A DNA stretch of 64,000 bases. It comes from Phoronis australis (lineage: Eukaryota; Animalia; Phoronida). The position numbers and the translations under genes are program-made. Below the pieces are notes generated by a model. The model was not told the origin of the DNA and did no database searches. It saw nothing but the letters and a program-made list of their open reading frames with translations. Shown here in pieces: positions 53,886 to 64,000 of the stretch. The stretch is from NCBI GenBank assembly GCA_002633005.1, contig NMRA01000463.1, positions 124,001 through 188,000 on the forward strand, in the 5' to 3' direction. Within the stretch, counting starts at the first letter, position 1. The number at the start of each line of letters is the position of its first letter.

Positions 53886-55949
53886 CGAAAAATGAGATAA
53901 CTATAAGGGTATCATTTGTTATGCTTGATGCACGGTACTTTTTCTCAATGTTGGCTCGTTCATTGGGATAAATACTATCGTTAGTGTGGCGTCGTAAACG
54001 CTGTTAGGACGTTAGAAAATAAATGCTGAATGGAGCGCAGGAAGGTTGCTTGATGATGAAGGATGAGAAAACTGCCAAATAACACCGGCGAGCAAATGTT
54101 AACTATTTTTTTTCTCATAGAATTTGTAACGTTATTGGATTACCAGGTGTTAAAACACGCTTTGAGGTACGATGTGTCTACAACGAATTCACACGTTCAT
54201 AAAGGAACACAGTCAACTCGATCTTCACAAAACATTTGCACGCCTACATACACCCAGCTGCGCGATGCACGGAGTCCTCGCGTATTTTAACCAACGCTCT
54301 ATTATCACACGTGCCTCAAGCAGCCGGCGCAATCTTACGCATATAAGCACTTGTTACCATCAACATATATAACCGCTGAGAGCCGCAGCATTATAAATTA
54401 CGACATTCGTCAATACTCGGACAACGAGTGCACTCGATAACCGGACTCTATGAATGGAAGATATGAAACGTTGGCGAAGTAACAGTTTTAAACAGATAAT
54501 CATCCTTTTTCATAACAGTCAAAAGAACCAGTGAAGTATCGTGTGTATACTTCCAGTCGGACAATAGGGAAACAATTTTGCTTCTGGCTTAATGAAGAAG
54601 GTTGATTTATGGGCCACTTTGGCGAAGTAGACCAGCGGGTTGGAGAGGGATTAGTCCGGATTAAAGTTTTTCGTAAAACAAGGAAGTCCCGATTTTCGTA
54701 AAGCTGTTTGCACGACTTGAAGTTCGTGTTTTCACTCGCAGAAGCTTTTAGCGTTTTGACTGCTTAAGAGAAAGCTTAATGTTGGCAGACACCAAAAGAA
54801 TCCCCTATCTGGGCGGATCATATTTGCGAGTTCAAAATTCCAGTGCTCTTGGGTTTGTATTACCACACACGTCGGTCAGTCCTGCACGCAGTTCCAACAC
54901 TACTTTGAACAACGTGTCGTGGATAGGCACGTTTTAAACCAATACTAGACTGTTGTAAAATGCAAACTCTTCCCAGTAGGTTAGCAGCGGTGTGTAGAGC
55001 AAGATGTTTTCTAAAGTTTTTCATATACAGAGGCCCGTTGCGTAGCTCGTTATTCGTGACAAGCCCATGAAAGTTTTAGTAGTGAGGTCACGTGCTTCTC
55101 TCTTTGCGAAGTATCAGGAGCTATTATCGAACTCGGAAGCCAAACTAGTTTGGGCGAACGCGTCGCATACTACTTTGCAAAGCCGGGACTGTGGTGCACA
55201 ACGGACGATCTGACGCGTCATTTGTCAACCAAAAACTTGCATATAAATACCCCAAAGACAGGAACCTTCAAGTTAATGTTGCCTGTTATGCACCACTAGA
55301 GCACTTGGTCATACATGTACATATCATACTTTGGTTAAACTTTTACCTGTGACAGGAAGGTATTTCCTTGTAGTTATAAGAAACATACAATCACCACATA
55401 TTCTCATTATCATCGTACGTTCACTCATAAAATAACTTAAGGGCGTCGAAAACAAGTTTCATTTCAGTTAAATACACTAAGAGACGCATTGCACTCTATT
55501 CAGACTACTTGTCATTCATTCAGACATCCACACTGTATCGGAAGCGGCACTCAGCTCCGCCGGCTAGTGAATGAAGCCAAACGATTTACCCAGGTGCAAA
55601 AAATATCTTACAAACAGTGTTGGTAGCCTTTCACTGATTCACACCTCAGATGTCAAGAAGCGCTATGTAAACAGATCGGTTTGCTCGTGTTATTTTTTCT
55701 GGACCACTGTTTAACTTTTGCAAACAACATACTCGTGAATGGCGTCCAAAAGTCAAAGTAAGGATCGATGTTAAATCAACAACAATAGAAACCACAATCA
55801 CTCCAGCGATATCAACACCTATATCTGTGGCTGAGATTTGCTGGGCGGAAGCAAAGATGCTCACGAGGTGGGTGATTTGAACAATAGAAAATGGCCACGG
55901 GCGGCTCTGCTATTCATTTGTCGATGTTGAAAACACATTGATGGGACAT

Positions 55950-56620
55950 ATGCTTCAACATTGGAAAAATACTACATACGTAGTCAAATACAGCGCGTAA
56001 CAATCCGGCTATGTTCATATGCGTTACCACACTTATCAGCTTAAAATGTATTAAACGACATAGGCAAAAATTGAATTTCAGGCCTCAAAAGTGAGGCCAC
56101 CAGTATTAATATGGGGGTCCGCTGTACGGCCGCCTTTCGGCGAGGTCTGCTATACTAGTATAGGGCGCCCCATTTTTGAGGCCTGAAATTCAATTTCTTG
56201 CCTACATGTATGACATTTTCATAAGAATATTAGTCATTTTGAATAATAAGCTGTTACTAGATCTTGGAATAGATTGTTCAACAANATGCTTCAACATTGG
56301 AAAAATACTACATACGTAGTCAAATACAGCGCGTAACAATCCGGCTATGTTCATATGCGTTACCACATTTATCAGCTTAAAATGTATTAAACGACACAGG
56401 CAAAAATTGAATTTCAGGCCTCAAAAGTGAGGCCACCAGTATTAATATGGGGGTCCGCTGTACGGCCGCCTTTCTGCGAGGTCTGCTATACTAGTATAGG
56501 GCGCCCCATTTTTGAGGCCTGAAATTCAATTTCTTGCCTACATGTATGACATTTTCATAAGAATATTAGTCATTTTGAATAATAAGCTGTTACTAGATCT
56601 TGGAATAGATTGTTCAACAA
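55950..56620. repeat. 335-bp tandem duplication separated by a single N (probable assembly artefact)
   Basis: 55950-56284 and 56286-56620 differ at 3 positions seen by eye. The only N in the window, at 56285, sits exactly at the junction. Confidence 0.9.
56061..56204. mobile_element. ~140-bp MITE with ~30-40-bp TIRs, TA-flanked (second copy at ~56397-56540)
   Basis: TAGGCAAAAATTGAATTTCAGGCCTCAAAA ... TTTTGAGGCCTGAAATTCAATTTCTTGCCTA. Confidence 0.8.
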
Positions 56621-59324
56621 CTTATTGCAAATTGACTCTGAGTATTTTATTGTCTGATATCACATATTCACCTTTTCCTGAAATATGTTGCGATAAACTA
56701 ATTTTTTACATGTGACTAGATGTCACAATGAATGACGACGGCCTGAACACGGCTGACTTTCCACTTTGCCGTGCAGTAGCCCGCCAGGTGTATCCTACAC
56801 CCCAGTAAAGTAACAGCCTCGTTCGGCATATTTGTCAATTTATATCAAAAATTTTACACTTAAAGAAAACGCTATCAAAATTCCCTATCCAATTTTAACT
56901 TTCGTTGCCCAAAGTTTTGAAGAATAATGCCAAGGAAAAATAAGTTGAATTCATCAAGTCCCTTCCCCAATATTGAGCCACTTTACACTGTAGAAATATG
57001 TTTTTCATATATTTATTTGTTTTTGCATAGTGACATACATACTATTAGAACATGACGATGACACACAATCACCCACGCACACAAACACGCTCGCTCCCAC
57101 ACGCGCACATGCAAGCAAACACACGCACATGTATATGAGAGCTTTGATAGTAACTTACATTGTATCTCATCAATATAGTGGTTAGTCAAAATGACCTGCC
57201 GGTGTTTCCATCGTTCATTGTATTCCACAAACTTGCTATTTTTTAGACGAATGTATTTCTGAATATTCAGCTCATATTCTATTCGACTCCAGAAACTATT
57301 TACATTTAAAGGACACTTTCCGGTGCTACAACTAAATAAACAGTTCGCACAGCAACAATACCCAGTTCATGGCTAATGATTTTTGCCTTTTTGCAATGTT
57401 CCGAAAATCATCATCTTTCTGTAAACCGCTCTTATCTAACGACCAAGCATTAACTTGTGACAGTGAAATTTCTAGTCATGCTGCATGAAAAATACACGCA
57501 CTAATGTCTCTCTTTCTACATTACAGAGGGTTCTACATGTAATTTTACAGGCAGCCATATTTGTTTTAAACAATTACGAAATGAAAGCCAAACTCCTGTG
57601 TCTAGTAAGTGAACAGTTTAAGGGAATTAATTGATAGTATCTTATCATCAATATCGAAATTTTCCGTCGAAAAAAATCATGCGGTTGGTCATTTTTATAT
57701 AACGGATCCTTTACCAGTTTGCACGTTGTCCTACGTGCGTTTCGAGGAATGATGGACCCCACGCATTTTTTAGGATTTCAATTTTCATTGATACGGTTCT
57801 AAGACATCTTTTGACGGAAAAGAAAAGATTTGCTCATAAGCAAAGAAGTGAGATCAGCCTGCCAGTCCAAATTGAATGTGTTTCTTTGGAGACAGACGGC
57901 AATTCAACGGACAGACCAACGGCATAAAAGCTAGATACATCAAGAACCACCCTTGAATAAATTGATATGTTTTCCTGAAGCCTCTTACACCGTCTCAGTG
58001 CTTTTTCTCTTCACACGAACATAATTGTGAAAACAGCCGATTACCTTCATTAGACAGTCTTAGCGATGTGAAAACATGGGAACTTGTCACAATGTTTTTG
58101 TTTAGCGACGAGATAAAACGCGCTTCGCAACTCAAGTAATCTGACGGTGTTTAGCGAGTTGACACTCAAACATAACCGAAGCGTAAGGAATACGCTTAAG
58201 CAAACTGGTTACGTCATGGAGATTTTTTTCTTTCTCAGAATCTGCTCCGCAGGTGCAATCCCCGCAAAGGATTACCAAACTTGAGCATCCCTAATTAGAG
58301 AACCGGTACAGGCGGTAATGATACGATGTACCCGAATACCTGCCGGTCACATGAACGTTTCGATACCAATATGACAAGTCTGAGGCATAAAATGGTATTG
58401 TCGGTCGAGTGCTGAGCGAATATGGAGAGGTTGTTGGGTTAAAAAAATGAAAGATTACCGCGGACCTGATAACAATATAATGACGGAACAAGTGTCGCTC
58501 GGCGTACTGACCAAGGCAAATGACTTACGTATCTTCATCATAAGTGCTTCACTCTGCAGCTAAACTTGGTCAGAAACTCATTTTTCGGTACAACGAACCA
58601 TCAAGGCGATCACCATTCATGTACAGCAATGGTGCACTTGCACACAAAAGCGGCAAGCAACCGAACACTCGAGAGAAACCTCATTTCTACTTGGCCTGAT
58701 TTTTCACCTGTTCTGTCTCGATACGTTATTCCTGTTTTTCTAGTCACTGCTATTTTATGAAAACACAGATAACTCGGTCACAGTCGTGAAGAAAAATTTG
58801 TCAATATGAAGTTTCGAACCCGATATTATGAGAAAAGCTGCAATTGAATAATTTCGGAGACTCTTCGAAGAACTGTTTAAGCAGCCTCTCACTGGCCTTA
58901 ACCTGAGGGTGGGCCGGGACACAACGGAGATCACGAGGTTCTTTTTCATTGATTCAGTTCGACGCCCATGACAGACTTGAGTTTGACAGCTGTTGTTTAC
59001 TCCATAAAGACTCCCCCGTCCGGCGACCAGCATTGCAACCCTGGTCGCCAACAATTTCGCGTTTTCATGTTTTGTATTAAACGTCTTCGTTCGCCTGTGC
59101 CTCTCAGTGTCGGGCTGGCGGAGAACAGATGGAACGCCCTATCCTTATAGAGGGCCATCTAGTTCAAAACATTTGAACCCGAACACTATTATACTAAAAT
59201 ATTTATCATGTATATTTGAGTGTTGGTCTATAAGTTATCATTTAAAACCCGATGTACCGGAGTGGACACACTAGTGCCCTCCAACAACCGTTAACACAGC
59301 TACCTAGCTTAGTACAACAACAGG

Positions 59325-59645
59325 TTAACGTCAGTCTTGAGTGCGTACGAATAAGCTTGCCTGCTTACGCCTGCCAGCGTCAAATTTTTATTTTACTCTG
59401 TTCCAGGTACAAAATAGCTTTCGGGGCAAATTCACATTTCCATTATAGCCAGAAATTCAGCCGAGCAACTCTGCCGCAATATACGACAAACTAACGTCAG
59501 TCTTGCGTGTGTATTCATGTTTCCGTGATTACACTGTACGTCGGCCACCGTCGATCTATGACAGTGCCGACTGTTTCAGGTGCAAAATAACCTTGGGCTA
59601 ATTCTCGTTTCCATTAGCCAAGAATTCAATGCAACCATGTCGCAG
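59325..59645. repeat. Old diverged tandem duplication (~166-bp period)
   Basis: taacgtcagtcttg.gtg.gta ... tt.caggt.caaaata..tt.ggg...attc...tttccatta..gcca..aattca occurs twice (from ~59326 and ~59492). Confidence 0.7.
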
Positions 59646-61128
59646 TTTCCTAGCATTAGCTGTCTAATCTGTAGCACCAACACACGGATTCATCTTTGAA
59701 AAAGTGTTCAGTTTAAGCTGCGCATTACGTTGCATTGAATCCTCGCGGAATCCATTAATCCGAGGTGTCTTGGGTCGACATAATATTAAAAGCCAACTAT
59801 AATACGTGCCCTATGGCCTCCAAGTACCTGTTATTGTATCAAAGGTCGCTTGACCACCAACAAATAGCAGGCACCTCTATATTCAACGCCGTAGTGGCTC
59901 AGTCACACGAGGGTAGATCCTAGGACGAAAACATACCTGAAAGCCAACAGGATGAACCCCTTACAACCTGCCAATGGATATACTTTGGTATTCGAGGCCT
60001 GTTTTTGCCAGCGTTGATCGTGTCCTCCCGTACCCACCACACCGTTTGCTCAAGGTGTTGAGACAGTGTCCGGACGTTTTGCGAACTACAAGTATGACAG
60101 GACCCGCAATGGAAGGACAAAAATAAAAACATCACCAACAAAAGTTACATACCTTAAGTTTCTCAAGCCGTACCAACTGTAGGGTCAAATTAAAGAATTG
60201 GCCACGCGCTGTAGGAACGTCCGAGTTCGAATCACGAAATCCTTAATAATATTTAGTTCAGCTTAAGCCAGCTCAGTTAAGTAATACGCAAAGCGAACGG
60301 GTACTAAACACATGCCGGGACAGAAGCTCGACAACAATGCGCTATGAAAACACGGGGCGAAAGGTCTCCATTAAAAAGAAAATGCGTTCTTGTCAGGGCC
60401 TATAACATGAGCATTATTCAGCTCTAACCCCCGTGAAGGACCAATTGGGCAGCTACCTTTTTAACGCGCTAATACGATAATATCTTTTGATGTCTTCCGC
60501 GCGAATGGCTGACAAAAAGTAAATATTTACTAGCGCGTTCTTTTTAATGATCCCGCTCACACCTGGGACAAATTTGAATGTGTTTTGACAATGAAAAGAA
60601 CCACTGGAAATCCTCATAATGCCGGTGCGGGATTTTTATTAACGTTCTACGTTGCATTTATTGACCATTAACCAATATATTTGAAATAATGACTGTCGAA
60701 AGTTTAAACGTCTCGCATGTTGTGTAGGTAATAATTTGATGGCAGGTATATCAGGTTATTGATTAGCGCGGGACAAATTATATCTGTGAAACTACCGGCG
60801 CCGATACGCTACGTGCATGTACATTGTACGAAGAAGGCGAAAAACTTTGGTACTCACAATCCGTTTTGCTCCCCCAAAAACAATGCAATGGTATCTAGAA
60901 AATAACGCATCTAATAATTGGTTATGCTGGAGATTTGTTAACTCGGAATTAGTTTTCTACAACACTGTTGTACAGAGGCTTATTTTAATGAGAAAAAAAA
61001 CGAAACACAAAAACAGCTAAAGACATCCATCTAAGTCGGAAGAGATTCGAGAAAAGTACGAAGAGAGTGTTTGGTAACCCTCACTAGGTTTTCCGTTTTG
61101 AAGATAGAGAGACCTGTGGACATTGGAT

Positions 61129-61380
61129 TTTGTTGAACCAATTCTCGTTATTAGCCGGTTTGGAGTTTTGGTATTAGCGAGGTTTATTGTACTCACAGTG
61201 TGTTTCGGTAAACAAATTCTTGCCAGGTTTGCAGTTTTGTTGATAACGAGACTTGCTCTCATTAAATTTTTGGTAAACCAATATTTCTTAGGTTTGTAGT
61301 TTTGCCGATAACGAGACCCGCCCAGGGTAGGCCTACATTTTGGTAAACCAATTCTCGCTAGGTTTGCAGTTTTGTTAACA
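61129..61380. repeat. Minisatellite, four diverged ~65-70-bp units
   Basis: Consensus ttttggtaaaccaattctcgctaggtttgcagttttgttgataacgagac; explains the repeated NKTANLARI in ORF 61017-61421. Confidence 0.8.
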
Positions 61381-61772
61381 GTGGCAGGGACCTGATCATT
61401 ATTTTCTAGCAGCTCAGCCACATCGCCGTATTGATGACGGAGTTACAGTCAAACAAAACTTTAATTAAACAACAGAATGTTAATTATTCTATGGCTCTCG
61501 TCAGCATCTAAAAATATCAACGTGAAGTAACCGGAATTATATTTTATTTTGAATTCATAGAGTGCAAAAACATGAACTTCTGAATACTATAATGCAGATT
61601 CGCTGAGGATTTATATATATGTTCACTAATTTCCCTACGAAACGAATTTTTCTAACTTCAGCTGCAAAGGGTAACCTATTGCTTATGATCTGGATAAAAT
61701 ACGTGAGAATGTGCATCAAACAACGGAGAGCAATTTGTTCTCGTAACATCTATATTTGTAATTGAAATCCAT

Positions 61773-61821
61773 ACGAATTTGCGCTCATGATGTAGACGAA
61801 TTTGCGCTCATGATGTAGACG
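61773..61821. repeat. Perfect 23-bp tandem duplication
   Basis: acgaatttgcgctcatgatgtag twice. Confidence 0.9.
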
Positions 61822-64000
61822 GCGTCATTTTGCATTAGGATGCAGCGACCAAATTTTTTTCTTAGCGATACAATTTCTTTTGCGAGGTTTTATTCGAAAT
61901 GTGGAAGAAAGAATATATTTAACGAAACACAGGGCGGGCTGATTTGCGAATTAAGGAAATTCGAAATCAAACATGTCTTTATGAGGTTAATAAATTTACT
62001 ATTCGGTACGTAAATAGTATTCAGGTCTACACAACTCAGTAAAATGAAGCCACCGGGATGGAGAAAATGGTACAATGTTTTCATAAACAACATTTTACTG
62101 AATCACCTCCATTGTGAACCAACGTGTTCCCCTTGTTATTTGTTATTGGTCCACAATATATGTTATTCCAATCTTTAATACGTCTGCCTCTGCCTTACAA
62201 TGAAGAATGGAGCGTTTAAGAAGCGCATAAATAGTCTACTGTGAGATTACATAATCGCAGATGCGTGATATGGTTTCTTTTTGTAACGGAACAGCGTAAT
62301 TACGGTTGAATTAATTAGCTAATAGGTGACAGACTATATACGAGTCGCGTGCTAAGCAAGTCCATTGTAGTACTGTTCCATGTCCTCTGGCTTGAGTTGT
62401 TGAATGTGGCTGGTGAACCACTTGAATCCGTGTAGACTATATTATTGACCGTGTGGCGATATGCACTTTGTAGGCACGATCAGAGCTATGTTTATACCGT
62501 TTCCATAATTATCCATTCCACTATTTACCGTATCGGGCATGGTTATGGCCAACTTTGTTGTTAAACTAACTAACTAATTGCACAACGATATTGTAAATAA
62601 ATTATTATGGTTGTCTGCTATTGTTAGTATGATATTGCTATTGGTGCTGTAATTGAAACACAGTGATATCGACGCAGCACAATTTGGATAAGGAAATAAA
62701 AAATAATTCACAAACTGGTGTTTTGATTCACACACTGTTGGTACTATTCTGGACGATGGTAGTTCTTAGTTACATTTCGAAGATCCATCTCACGTTAATC
62801 ATGCGTAGTTTAGGTGTACATGTACATGACTGTACAGAACAATTCATGTTGAGATCATATAGCACTTTATTATTGGTCTGTGGATTTAATTCTATGAAAC
62901 TACAGATATTAACTCCGTCAAAGTGCATATGTTGCTGAAAGTAGAAAGTCTGTACAGTTTGATTTTTGACTATTCACCAATGCGTTATGAATTTGCCCAA
63001 AAGAGCTCGTCTTTTTACCAAGATCTGAAAAAAAGAAATATGGATAGTAAACTACAGGGACCAATAACATGATCACATTTTATTCCAAGGTGAGATCTCA
63101 AAAACGTTGCTATGGTTTTATTTTCTAAGATATCATTTCGTTTCTGTTTTTTTAAACTTTTGACTTTTTCCATGAAAATTACAAATGCCGTATTTGATAG
63201 AGGGGGCAGTTTGAAAGCAATTCCTAACAGCGAATTGTAAAACAGTGTATAAATCATAATATATGAGTGCCTCATATAAAATCAATTAATCGTTTCTGAG
63301 ACATGTCGTTCCGAACTTGGCCAATTTTTTACATTTTTCTAGGGTCTTACATATCATCAAGAACGGATGGCAACAACCGATCCGTTCTTAGTCTGTCGTC
63401 ATCCGATCGGTCACGAAAATCTCCGATTCCATTTGACGACGACTCTCGGACATTTTTGCAGAACATTAATGTCGTATTTACAGTCTGAGAAATTTTTGCG
63501 CTAACGAGATGTGGTTGGTTAAATATGGTGATCAGCACGAAATTAAAAACATACCCTGGCTAAAATTACCACCAGTTCCAAGGCGGTTAATAGGCCGTAT
63601 TATGTGCATAATTAGCCAAATCGTTGGCCTTAAAAATCTCACCTGCAATCTGTCAAAAATACATCGATGTTTGCCCAAGTATGCGTTACAGATGTTAGAT
63701 TGTTATCGGATTGTTCAGTGTAAACAGTTGAGAAATTCGGAGAAATGTGGCCTGCTATTTTCACAAACGATACACTTCCGGACAAAACAGCGTGAGCAAC
63801 AATGATTCGCTGTTCACTCGCGCGTGGACGTGAATACCGTGACTGTCTATGACTGAAATAGAGAACTCGACAGAAGTTTCACAGGTTTACATCTGGCATG
63901 TTTACTATGAGATATAACTTGATGGTCAGTTTTCTTAAGATCCAAACTAAAAAGACCTACTTGTTCAGGAAAAATCAAAGCCAAAAATATCGATTGTAGT

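Noticed and set aside
59022-59049. Hairpin GGCGACCAG-N10-CTGGTCGCC
   Set aside because: An isolated 9-bp stem with no supporting context; rho-independent terminators are not relevant in a eukaryote.
61017-61421. 134-aa ORF with repeated NKTANLARI
   Set aside because: Translation of a minisatellite whose units are not consistently in frame.

Overview
This is eukaryotic genomic DNA, most likely from a bilaterian invertebrate: AT-rich, with GT-AG introns, microsatellites, decayed TEs and CTCF-like motifs. I found no rRNA, tRNA or CRISPR. Two protein-coding genes can be supported, arranged tail-to-tail. (1) On +, the last four coding exons (640-832, 1224-1360, 3759-3839, 4122-4328) of an ankyrin-repeat-like protein ending in a CaaX box (CAIL). 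(2) On -, a 777-aa single-coding-exon Toll-like LRR type-I membrane receptor (7661-9994) with no TIR domain. Its 3' UTR (~1.6 kb) contains a possible decayed TIR-like frame. It has a candidate TATA/Inr proximal promoter and several candidate non-coding leader exons far upstream. The remaining ~54 kb has no convincing CDS. It holds a decayed Tc1/mariner element, LINE fragments, MITEs, a retro-insertion flanked by a 120-bp duplication, strong enrichment of TACATGTA (the Tc1-type excision footprint) and one probable haplotype-duplication assembly artefact at the N (56285). All calls were made by eye, without database searches.
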